From assembly GCA_963514005.1 (NCBI GenBank), contig OY740792.1:42780001-42844000 (forward strand): 64,000 bases of DNA, written 5' to 3'. The notes below the pieces were generated by a model. That model searched no databases, was not told the origin of the DNA, and worked only from the letters and a program-made list of their open reading frames with translations. Both the position numbers and the translations under genes were made by a program. Each line of letters opens with the position of its first letter. Position 1 is the stretch's first letter. Source of the DNA: Raja brachyura (taxonomy: Eukaryota). Shown one piece after another: positions 47,862 to 59,637 of the stretch.

Positions 47862-48775
47862 CCTTGTGATTGAGGCAGTGCAGCGTAGGTTCACAAGATT
47901 GATCCCTGGGATGGCGGGACTGTCATATGAGGAAAGATTGAAAAGACTAGGCTTGTATTCACTGGAGTTTAGAAGGATGAGGGGGTATCTTATAGAAACA
48001 TATAAAATTATAAAAGGACTGGACAAGCTAGATGCAGGAAAAATGTTCCCAATGTTGGGCGAGTCCAGAACCAGGGGCCACAGTCTTAGAATAAAGGGGA
48101 GGTCATTTAAGACTGAGGTGAGAAAAAACTTTTTCACCCAGAGAGTTGTGAATTTATGGAATTCACTGCCACAGAGGGCAGTGGAGGCCAAACCACTGGA
48201 TGTATTTAAGAGAGAGTTATGCCCCTGTCCCACTTAGGAAACCTGAACGGAAACCTCTGGAGACTTTGCGGCCCACCCAAGGTTTCCGTGCGGTTCCCGG
48301 AGGTCTCCCTAATGGTCGAAAGTGGTTTCTGCAGGTTGCAGGTAGTGGAAGGTAAGACCTTTTTCAACTAACCACGTTCAACTAGCATCGCAACCGGTTT
48401 CGACAAAAAAATTACCGATTTCTAAAACGGCAACCTATTTATAGTCGCGGCCGGTTTTGAATTTTTTGAAATAATCGCCGGAACATAGAAGAAGCGGAAA
48501 CCACTTTCAACCATTAGGGAGACTGACAAAAACTTCCGGGAACCTCACGGAAACCTTGGGTGGGGCGCAAAGTCTCCAGAGGTTTCCGTTCAGGTTTCCT
48601 AAGTGGGACAAGGGCATTAGATAGAGCTCTAGGGGCTAGTGGAGTCAATGGATATGGGGAGAAGGCAAGCACGGGTTATTGATAGGGGACGATCAGCCAT
48701 GATCACAATAAATGGCGGTGCTGGCTCGAAGGGCCGAACGGCCTCCTCCTTCACCTATTTTCTATGTTTCTATGG
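47862..48775 (+). mobile_element. CR1 3' fragment interrupted by a MITE
   Basis: ORF 47866-48237 is CR1 ORF2 C-terminus. CR1 sequence resumes at 48617 and ends in ttctatgtttctatg. Confidence 0.9.
48220..48616. mobile_element. Harbinger-type fold-back MITE
   Basis: TSD TTA at 48217-48219 and 48617-48619, long TIRs tgcccctgtcccacttaggaaacctgaacggaaacctctggagactttgcg and their inverse, additional inner inverted arms. Confidence 0.88.
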
Positions 48776-49199
48776 ATATAGATATAGTTTTCTATACAGA
48801 TATATTTTTCTAAATAATTTCTTTAGTCAGTGTGGTGAATCTGTAGAATTTGTTGCCATGGATGACCATGGAGGCCAAGTCATATGGTAATTTTAAAGTA
48901 GAGAGTGACCAGTTCTTGATTAGTAAGGGTGTCAAAGTTATGGGGAGAAAGCAGGAGAATAGGGTTGAGAGGGAAAAATAGATTGTTCATGATTGAATGG
49001 CAGAGTAGACTTGAAGGGCCGAATGGCCTAATTATGCTCCTATACTTATGAACACGATGAACCTTCTCAAACAGAACGATTGTCTAGCCTGACAGAGATC
49101 CTCCGTCGCTGCAGTCAGGATGAAGACAGTTTAAAGGGAGCACATCCTGTCTGTATATTGTCCCTCTGACAACAGTATAAGGTTAAAGTGCACAGTACT

Positions 49200-49899
49200 G
49201 CATTGATGATGGTAGTAGCATAATGAATTCTGAAGTGTATAGACACATCCTATCTGCTCAAGTTCAAACAACTATCTTAAAACTCATTGGCCGGCGGTTC
49301 ATTCTACAGCAAGACAATGATCCCAAACATACTGCTAAAGCAACAAAGGAGTTTTTTCAAAGCTAAAAAATGATCGATTCTTGAGTGGCCAAGTCAATCA
49401 CCCGATCTGTACCCAATTGAGCATGCCTTTTATATGCTGAAGAGAAAACTGAAGGGGACTAGCCCCCCCGAAGGGCCAAATAGCTCCTCCTGCACCTATT
49501 TTCCAAAACAAGCATAAGTTAAAGATGACTGCAATACAGGCCTGGCATAGCATCACTAGAGAAGACACCCAGCAACTGGTGATGTCCATGAATCGCAGAC
49601 TTCAAGCAGTCATAGCATACAAAGGATATGCAACAAAATGCTAAACATGACTACTTTCATTTACACGACATTGCTGTGTCCCAAACATTATGGTGCCCTG
49701 AAATGTGGGGAATATGTATAAAAACAGTTGTAATTTCTACATGGTGAAACCAAAATGTATAAAAATGGCCTGTAATAAAATCTAACAATGTGCACTTTAA
49801 CCACATGTGATTTATTTCTATTACAAATCTCAAATTATGGAGTACAGAGGCAAATAAATAAATGATGGGTCTTTGTTGCAAACATTATGAAGGGCACTG
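49200..49899 (+). mobile_element. Tc1 transposon 3' half (decayed transposase + right TIR)
   Basis: FILQQDNDPKHTAK and WPSQSPDLxPIEH motifs, right end ...caaacattatgaagggcactg|TA with an internal direct repeat caaacattatggtgccctg (IR-DR style). Confidence 0.88.
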
Positions 49900-51825
49900 T
49901 ATCTCTAAACTAAACTACACTAGTCACACCTACCTGCATTTGGCCCATATCCCTCTAAAACTTTCCTATCCATGTACTTGTCCAAAAGTCTTTTAAATGT
50001 TGTAATATATGTTGGACGTATGTTCATATCAGCTCTGAAAGAGTGCTGAGTCGATGTAAAAGGGTACTGGAAGAGAGTTTTGAATGGTGCAAAGTGTTTG
50101 ATCTGGCTAGATATAGTTAGGTTTCTGTTAGACCAACGGGCAATGTACATAGTGAGTACTGCAGTGGACATAAATGCATGCTTAGTGTTATCCACCATTT
50201 GAGTAGTGTTTTGTTGAGCCTGTGGCAGCAGTAACAGTGGTTCTGAAAGCACACTACAATTGTTGGATTTCAGACCAGCATGGTTAAAATGTCGAGACTC
50301 GAGAAGGATCTTAAGAAAGATGCCGATTTGAAACGGCATCTGTCCATTCCGTCCACAGATGCTGCCTGAGCTGCAGTGTTCCTCCTGCGGTTTATTTCTC
50401 TTTGCGTGGTTGAAAGGTTTGCTGACGTTAAATTTTGGACTTAGCATTGTTAATGATATTCTTTGAGCGACCTGTGAACTGGAAAATAAATACTTGAGAA
50501 GAAGACAAGAAGATCTTGAACTAAAATGCGTACACAGTGCTAACAATTGACAATACACACACTCAGAACCATGCACAAAGATATCTAAAGTCACATTATG
50601 TCATTTTTATCCCTAATGATCCTAAGGTCACAAGTGATAGGAGCAGAATTAGGCCATTCGGCCCATCAAGGCTACTCCACCAATCAATCATGACTGATTT
50701 ATTTCTCCCTCCTAACCCCATTCTCCTGCCTTCTCCCCATAACCCATGACACCTGTACTAATCAAAAATCTGTCAATCTCTGCCCGAATTAAGACAATGA
50801 TGGGGTTTTTTGGGTTGTAAATATGATTGGTTGTAAACGACTGGGCCCCCTCTGTAAAAAAATTAATTTGTGCAGAATATTTACTTTGTTTTTAATTGGC
50901 ATGACTTCCAATGATCAATTTAAAGAGTTTTAGATGTGTGCTTGGATGACAAACATAGGAATCAAGTGCCATGATGCAGTGATTGCTTTTTAATAGCTAA
51001 ACAAGTTAAGCATTGTATTCAGTAATTATTCCATGCAAAATAAACCATATGAATGCTGTACAATTTCAAACTAAGCAGGCTGGGTGTTCTGCATTTAACA
51101 TTATCTACACGGTTTAATAGTTTTAAACTGTTGTGATCCTCACATTTCATCCGAGAAAAATTAAACATTGATTTCAGCGCACAGGCTTCTAGATGTAATA
51201 AATCATCATTAAAACAGCATGGAAAAAAAATCCGCTTTGAGACACAAAACATATTTGAGGACTGAAAGACAATTTCCAGAGACAAACTTAAACGATACTA
51301 AATCTGCAACTTAAACAGGGAGATGCGATTAAATAATCAGTTCCAAAACCAGAAAGTGAAATCTTGTAAAACATGACAGCTTGTACTGTGTCACCTTCCT
51401 GAGCTAACATTGAAATGAGTCAACACTAGCTAACTCTCTGAGGGTTTATGGATAATCTGCCCATTGGAAGTGAAGTCACTTCTTAAATAAAGTACTCACC
51501 TGCTCTTAGCATCAGTGGTTGTGTTGTTTATCGATTCAGTTTTCCATTTGATTTAACTTTCAGCTTTGTTTCCCGGATGAGTCTCTTGAAAGAGGTCAGA
51601 TCGCACTTCAGTTTATTGATGCCTTGGCTCTCTTTGCCTGAATCCCATATATTTTCCAAACCTATTGTCAAAATGTTAACCTGCTTCAACCCGAAACCAA
51701 TAGTCAACACTTGTGGTCTTCTGCCAAACGGAAGATTACTATTAAATCACTTTGGATACGTGAAGGTGACTTTGGATGATTAATTGTCTTTTTTTTTCTG
51801 CTTTTTACAAAGAGTAAAGGCCTTA

Positions 51826-52609
51826 AGGGCCTTTCCCACTTAGGCGATTTTTCAGCGGACTGCCGGCGACTGTTAATTCGCCGGAAATTCCCTGAAAAAC
51901 CGGGAACTGCAACGGCGACTGTCAGAGTGGAACACACACAAACACCCACACAAACACATCGCAAAGGCGGGGGCCAGGGAAAGCAGGGGAGCGGTGTCTG
52001 AAATTCACACAGTGCAAAGCCAAGGTGATAGACACACACCGCGATGAACAGGAAGGTCAAGACGGCTAGCACAGTGTACGGCATGTCCTTTAAAAAGGGG
52101 GGGGGGGGGGGGGGGGAGAGATGGGATGAGAAGAGGGAGATAGGGGGAGAAGGAGTGGAGACACTTTTAAGAAGCCAGACAACTTTTAATAAGCCAGAGA
52201 TACACAGCTGTGAAGTTTTGCGGGCATTTAACATTCCCAGTCGGTTTTCCTTTCTTACCTTTTTGTTTTCCCCAATGAGCCGATGAAAATGCCCGCTCAG
52301 CAAAGGCAATTAACTAAAACTACCTACGACTACCTATAACTACATGGTGACCCCACTACAACTGCACCTACGACAGCAGGATTATCGATTTTCTCCATTG
52401 TAACCAATTGTTGATCGCAGAAATTTGTTGAACATGTTGAAAAATTTGCGGCGAACATACTGAGGCCACGACTAGTTCACAGAATGCGAGAACTCCTCGC
52501 GACCATGAAGGAGACTCACCAGAGACCACCAGCAACCATGTGGCGACCATGGGCCAAGTGCAGAGTCTCCTGCACTCGCCTAAAAAGTTGCCGAACTGGG
52601 ACAGGCCCT
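51826..52609. mobile_element. Harbinger-type MITE
   Basis: TTA flank, TIRs agggcctttcccactt / ctgggacaggccct. Interior homologous (inverted) to 54744-55397. Confidence 0.75.
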
Positions 52610-53714
52610 TGAAGTTAACAAACGTAAACCCTGAAAAGAGAATTTGCTTCTCTAACAAAGTGAATTCTACATGGGACAGGAAGTGATGTGGCTTGCATAA
52701 TATCAGCACTTAGATTAAACCTGATGGAACCTATGGAAGGTCTATAAATGAGTAATAGTAACAATAACAGAAATAGTGATGCAAGTTACCTGAAATTGGA
52801 GAATTCAATGGTCCCTCTATTTCCATCCACAAACGCTGCCTGAACCGCCAAGTTTATTCAGCACTTCTCTCTTTGCTCCAGATTCTAGCATCTGCAGTCT
52901 CTTTTGTCTCCATACCCTCAGCTTTTTAGTTACAGCTCCTTCCCTGTGTAATGTCACCCACCAGGGGCATTTCACCATAAAAACGTATGAAGCCAGAGAT
53001 GCAATGGATGATTTTGTCACCCTTTCCAAAATCAAACCATGCATATAATGATGGAATGAAAGAATCATTACTTCTTGTTGATGACTAGATTTGTTCCTGA
53101 AACGATCTTACACCAAGGGAACAGGCTTTCAGGGGACAGAGATGATGTTTTCTCCTGATGTAATCTGCATTTCATCTACAGAATGACAAGAGTGTTATTC
53201 AGGAGCAACATGGATTTGTAGGCCTGTTTATGTATTGTTGAACTTAAAGCCAAGTGCAATGCTATAGTGCAAAATACTGGTGGTGCCCACATCAGATATA
53301 GAGGGTTGGATGGTAACGAAGACTCAGTTAATACTATTACTAGTTCTGGGGAGATTGGATTGAGAACTGATAAAGAACTGGATTTGAAGGTACGGAAAAT
53401 GTGATTTGTGATACAGAAAATCAACAACAGACAGCAGAAAAATCAATAAAATCGAAGACATTTTACAGCAAGTCTGAACGATGCTTCTTGTCAAATGCTT
53501 CTTTCAAAAGGGTGAAATGCGAGAGCAGAATTCTTAGGTCCAGAAGGGGTAGAATTTCCTCTTTTCACCTATTTCAATTCCAAATAAACCAACATTTTCT
53601 CTTTCTGCGGAATTGCAAACATATTACATCTGGTAACTATAGCATACACATTGTGAAGTGCCGTCCCTCCAAACTACACTGGGAAGTTAGTCCATCTACA
53701 CATCTCTGGTACAA

Positions 53715-54020
53715 TGGCACAGTGGTGTAATGGTAGAGTCATTGCCTTACAGTGCCAGAGACCCGGGTTCGATCCCGACTACGGATGCTGTTGGTACAGA
53801 GTTTGTATGTTCGCCCCATTACTGCATGGGCTTTCTCCTGGAGCTCCGGTTTCTTCCCACATTCCAAAGACGTGCAGGTTTGTAAGTTAATTGGCTTTGG
53901 TATAAATTATAAATTGTCTCTAGTGTGCAGAATAGTGCTAGTGCACAGGGATCGCTGGGCGGCACGGATTTGGTGGGCCGTAGGGCCTGTTTCCACAATG
54001 TATCTTTAAACTAAACTAAA
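53715..54020 (+). mobile_element. V-SINE copy
   Basis: Full-length match. Confidence 0.8.
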
Positions 54021-54743
54021 AAATGGGTATTTATTTGGAAATGTCAAACAATACTTCTGAACGTGTTCATCTGCACATATTTGACAAAGTCTGCAAAGAT
54101 TTTATTAAATATTGAAGATTCACACAAATGAGATGCAGTGCAGCTAAAATGTATTTTCTTTGATTCTGTACTTTAGATAACCAACTATGAATTCTTAATT
54201 GTTTTAACCCATGAAAAATGTAGGAGTCAGAGTAAATTACCATGTTTTATGAAGTACCCTTCTACTGGTTGCAGTCCTTAAATGCATGCTTCTACAAAGG
54301 TCAGGCATGACTACTTTCAGTTAGGCTAAGGCTTCTAAATAACTAGAATTTTAATGAAAAATAACCAGTGGAGCATAACACATTGATAGAAATTTGTTCC
54401 ATGGCATCTATGTCATCTATTCAATGCCTTACTTTGTATAAATTGAAGATTTTTTGTTCAGCTTGCTAGTTTCTTTTAACTAGATATGTATAATAAGTAG
54501 GGGACACACTTTGTATTTGCATTCACTATATTTATTCAATGCTAGTGGATGAAGAAAACAAGCTCAGATATTTCATTGTAAAGCTAGTGGATTTTGGGAA
54601 TTGTTGGGTAAAATTAATTGGTGAACCCCAAAACCCAGGACTTTGTAATGCACTTTGGATCGAGTACCTGCATGGAGGTGATGTACCAATACACAAGTAC
54701 ACTAGCTGCAGTGGTGTGCAAGGCATGCTTGATGACGCTGTTA

Positions 54744-55208
54744 AGGGGCTGTCCCACTGCGGTGACCTAAACTGCGAGTTTAGAAGAGTTTGCCTTTGAC
54801 TCAAACTCGCAGCATGGGCGACACGTGGTCCTAGGAGGTCACTAGAACTCTCCTTCATGCTCGAGGGAAGTTCCTGTATACTCGCGGCCTCAGCTAGGTC
54901 ACGGAAACATTTTCAGCATGTTGAAACATTTTCCGCAAGTAAAATTTGGTCGGCATGGTTCTTTTTAACACGTAGTGCAGTGGAGTGGGGTTGCGTAGTT
55001 AGTTGTGTAGTTACAGGCAGTCGAGGGCAGCCGTAGGCAATCTCAAGTTGTCTGACTTATTAAAAGTGTCTACCCTCCTCTTCTCTCCCCTCCCCCCACC
55101 CCTCTAAAGGACTTACCGTAACTGTGCCAACCATCTTTTACCTTCCTTTTCATCGCAGGTGTGAATTTCAAACAGCGCTACCCCCACTTTCCCTGGCCCC
55201 CGCCTTTG

Positions 55209-55296
<88 letters not shown>

Positions 55297-55397
55297 TCGA
55301 TCCGGCTCGAGGTTTTGCAGGCGAGCGCCCTCTGGCTTGAAGGTCGAAGACATACTTCTGAACTCGTAGATTAGGTCACCGCAGTAGGACAGCCCTT
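54744..55397. mobile_element. Harbinger-type MITE containing a (TG)n microsatellite
   Basis: TSD TTA at 54741-54743 and 55398-55400, TIRs aggggctgtcccactgcggtgacctaa / ttaggtcaccgcagtaggacagccctt. Confidence 0.85.
55210..55287. repeat. (TG)n microsatellite
   Basis: Perfect TG dinucleotide run of about 78 bp. Confidence 0.97.
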
Positions 55398-55474
55398 TTA
55401 CTGCCATAGTGGACCACAGAAATGCAACAATGAAACCAACAATAAAAAGTCCTGACAGAAGGAAGCTCAGCCCT

Positions 55475-55940
55475 TCTGAACCTACCTGATCTCCCGGTTG
55501 CCGGACACTTTAATTATCCTTCCCATTTCCACACAGACTTTTCTGTCCTAGATCTCCTCCATTGTCAGAGTGAGGCTAAACGCAAATTGGAGGAACAGCA
55601 TCTAATATTTCGCTTGGGCAGCTTACAGCCCAATGGTATGAATTTGATTTCTCTCACTTTATGTAGCCCCGGCATTCCCCCTCTCTATCTCTCCCCACCC
55701 AAGTTGCACTAGTTTCTTGTTTTCACCCTACAAACAGCTAATGGCCCGTTTCCTTTATCATCGTTACCTTTTTGCATATCTTTACATTGTTCTTTATCTC
55801 TCCACATCATCTATATCTCTCGTTTCCCTTTTCCCTAACCAGTCTGAAGAAGGGTCTCGCTCCGAAACATCACCCCATTCCTTCTCTCCAGAGATGCTGC
55901 CTGTCCCGCTGAGTTACTACAGCTTGTTGTATCTATCTTC
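55475..55940 (+). mobile_element. Penelope-like element 3' fragment
   Basis: RKLEEQHLIFRLGSLQPNGMN C-terminus and pLTR with CTGAAGAAGGGTCTCGCTCCGAAAC. Confidence 0.85.
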
Positions 55941-56124
55941 AGAAGGAACATGCCGTTTTATTAGTGACCTCAACTGCATCTTTGCTGGAGCGTGCAGTAG
56001 CTAGATCATTGATGGGTTCAACTGGGGATTCAATAACAGACTAGATTTTGCATTTAATTATCGGTGTTCTCCTCCACTGCCACAAACTGTAATGCAGTTA
56101 GCAGAGGGCTGGTCCATTCTGGTA

Positions 56125-56363
56125 GTTTAGTTTCATTTAATTTAGAGATACAGCACAGAAACAGCCCCTATAGACAACCGAGTCTGCGCCGACCAGCGAT
56201 TCCAACAGACTACCCACTCGGGACAATTTACAATTTGGGAAAAACCCACACTGTCAGAGGGAGAACGTGCTAACTCCGTATAGACGGCATCCATAGTCAG
56301 GATCGAACCCGGGTCTCTAGCACTGTAAGGCAGCAACTCTGCCACTGCACCACAGTGTTGCCC
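56125..56363 (-). mobile_element. V-SINE copy
   Basis: Reverse-complement match with an internal deletion. Confidence 0.75.
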
Positions 56364-57754
56364 TGGTTGTAAATTTAGAACTGAGACGAGGAAACACAGA
56401 GCGTGGTGAGACTGGGGAATTCTCTCCCTCAGAGGGTGGTGGTGGCAGGTTCTCTGGATGCTTTCAAGAGAGAGCTAGATAGGGCTCTTAAAAATAGCGG
56501 AGTTAGGGGATATGGGAAGAAGGCAGGAACGGGGTACTGATTGGGGATGATCAGCCATGATCATATTGAATGGCAGTGTTGGCTCGAAAGGCCAAATGGC
56601 CTATTCCTGCACCTATTGTCTATTGTCTATTGTCCAACCCCATTTTCATTCCATAAATATCTTTCATTTCCCCATCTCATCACACACTGTCCTTCCCATG
56701 GATTTTTCAATCTTGCTTTCAATCCATGCTCCATCTCTACTCTTTACAATGATTAAACTGACAGCCTGTGAACTACATCACTGCTCTGCAAGCTTTTACC
56801 ACCCAAATGTCTAAGTGGATTCTGGTTGGAGAATCAGTTGAAAATAAACATGTACGCATGGATTTAATACTTGAATTTAGTTTAGTTATAGTTTATTGTC
56901 ACGTGTACCAAAGTACAGTGAAAAGTTTTTGTTGCGTCCTGAACAATCAGCGGAAAGACAATACACGATTACGATCGAGTCATCTGCAGCATACAGACAT
57001 TTGATAAAGGGAATTTAATTTTGCTTTTGGCACGTGTACCGAGGTACAGTGAAAAGCTTTTGTTGCGTGCTAACCTGTTAGCGGAAAGACATGTTTACAA
57101 TCGAGCCAAGCAGTGTACGGATACATGATAAAGGAAATTTCCAGGTCCATCTCGGTTTCAGTAGTAATTGAGATAATTGATCTGAAGTCCCTATCTTCAA
57201 ATTCCTTTTCAGTGAATTTACAAACCCGCAGTCCAAAGTTTACATCGCTAGGGAGTTGATTTTGCTGCCATAAGTGCTGAGCCACACTCGCGTTTTGGAG
57301 ACAAATGCCGTCACAACCTCAGAACATACCAAGACACATTTTTAGTTAACTAAGTATTCTCACACTACTGTACAAAATGGAGCAGTTCATTTGAGCAAAA
57401 GCTCTTGAAACTTTGTCGGCTCCAGAAACGTGCCAACACCTGGGTACTGCCAAGGTGAGGTCTGCTATATGACTTTCCAGGTTGGATGCACAACAAAGCA
57501 CTTCAACGTACTTGGGTGCATGTGACAATCAAGTATCATTGAATCATTGAAGTTTCTAAACATTGCAATGGTGCCAGATTAAATGTTTTATTAAATATGA
57601 TTGAGAGCTAAATATTGATTGAGATCAACTCATGGGCTTCATTGAATCATGCCATGGGTTTATTTATATCCACGTTCAAAGCAAATCAAGTCAAATGTTT
57701 AATTGTCATATATACTGGGCCTGGAAAACTAGCCAAGAATATAAGCAGGATAAG

Positions 57755-59637
57755 GTAAGCTAGCCAAGAATATAAAGCAGGATAGTAAAAGCTTCTTTAG
57801 GTATGTGAAGAGGAAAAAAATAGTTAAGACCAAAGTTGGACCATTGAAGACTGAAAAAGGTGTATTTATTATGGGGAACAAGGAAATGGCAGGTGAGTTG
57901 AACAGCTACTTTGGATCTGTCTTCACTAAGGAGGACATAAACAATCGTCCTGATATAGTAGTGGCCAGAGGATCTGGGGTGACGGAGGAACTGAAGGAAA
58001 TCCACATTAGGCAGGAAATGGTGTTGGATAGACTAATGGGACTGAAGGCTGAAATATCCCCTAAGCCTGATGGTCTGCATCCCAGGGTACTTAAGGAAGT
58101 GGCTCTAGAAAATGTGGATGCATTGGTGCTAATTTTCCAATGTTCTATAGACTCAGGATCAGTTCCTGTGGATTGGAGGGTAGCTAATGTTATCCCACTT
58201 TTTAAAAAAAGGCGGGAGAGAGAAAACAGGGAATTATAGACCAGTTAGCCTGACATCGGTGGTGGAGAAGATGCTGGAGTCAATTATATAAGATGAGATA
58301 GCCGCACATTTGGATAGCAGTAACAGGATCGGTCCGAGTCAGCATGGATTTACAAAGGGGAAATCATGCTCGACTAATCTCCTGGAATTTTTTGAAGATG
58401 TAACTCGGAAAATGGACAATGGAGAGCCAGTGGATGTAGTGTACCTGGACTTTCAGAAAACATTTGATAGGGTTCCACATAGGAGATTAGTGGGCATAAT
58501 TAGGGCACATGGTATTGGGGGTAGAGTGCTGACATGGATAGAGAAGTGGTTGGCAGACAGGAAACAAAGAGCAGGGATTAACGGGTCCCTTTCAGAATGT
58601 CAGGCAGTGACTAGTGGGGTACCGCAAGGCTCGATGCTGGGACCGCAGCTATTTACAATATACATCAATGATTTGGATGAAGGGACTCAAAGTAACATTA
58701 GTAAATTTGCAGATGACACAAAGCTGGGTGGCAGTGTGAACTGTGAGGAGGATGCTGTGAGAATGCAGGGTGACTTGGGACAGGTTGGGGGAGTGGGCAG
58801 ATGCATGGCAGATGAAGTTTAATGTGGACAAATGTGAGGTTATCGACTTTGGTAGCAAAAACAAGAAGGCAGATTACTATCCAAATGGCGACAAGTTGGG
58901 AAAAGGGGAAGTACAACGGGATCTGGGGGTCCTTGTACATCAGTCTATGAAAGTAAGCATGCAGGTACAGCAGGCAATGAAGAAAGCAAATGGCATGTTG
59001 GCCTATATAACAAGAGGAATCAAATATAGGAGCAAAGAGGTCCTTCTGCAGTTGTACAGAGCCCCAGTGAGACCACACCTGGAGTATTGTGTGCAGTTTT
59101 GGTCCCCTAATTTGAGGAAGGACATTCTTGTTATTGAGGGAGTGCAGCATACGTTTACAAGGTTAATTCCCGGGATGGCGGGACTGTCATATGCTGAGAG
59201 AATGGAGCAGCTGGGCTTGAACACTCTGGAGTTTAGAAGGATGAGAGGATATCTCATTGAAAAATATAAGATTGTTAAGGGCTTGGACAAACTAGAGGCA
59301 GGAAACATGTTCCCGATGTTCGGGGAGTCCAGAACCAGGGGCTACAGTTTAAGAATAAGGAGTTAGCCATTTAGAACGGAGACGAGGAAACATTTTTTCT
59401 CACAGAGAGTGGTGAGTCTGTGGAATTCTCTGCCTCAGAGGGCAGTGGAGGCAGGTTCTCTGGATGCTTTCAAGAGAGAGCTAGATAGGGCTCTTAAAAA
59501 TAGCGGAGTCAGGGGATATGGGGAGAAGGCAGGAATGGGGTACTGATTGGGGATGATCAGCCATGATCACATTGAATGGCGGTGCTGGCTTGAAGGGCCA
59601 AATGGCCTGCTCCTGCACCTATTGTCTATTGTTTATT
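57755..59637 (+). mobile_element. CR1 LINE, 5'-truncated, with frameshifted reverse transcriptase
   Basis: ORFs 57805-58239, 58310-58822 and 58770-59366 carry [36 protein letters not shown] and the C-terminal domain. (ctattgt)n tail. Confidence 0.95.

Noticed and set aside
49920-50594. 224-aa minus-strand ORF
   Set aside because: Ends in CR1 tail peptide and includes Penelope-derived sequence; no coherent protein.
51500-51640. Minus-strand segment ending in a perfect donor CAG|GTGAGT
   Set aside because: Poor acceptor and no frame open through to the donor; a lncRNA exon cannot be supported from sequence alone.
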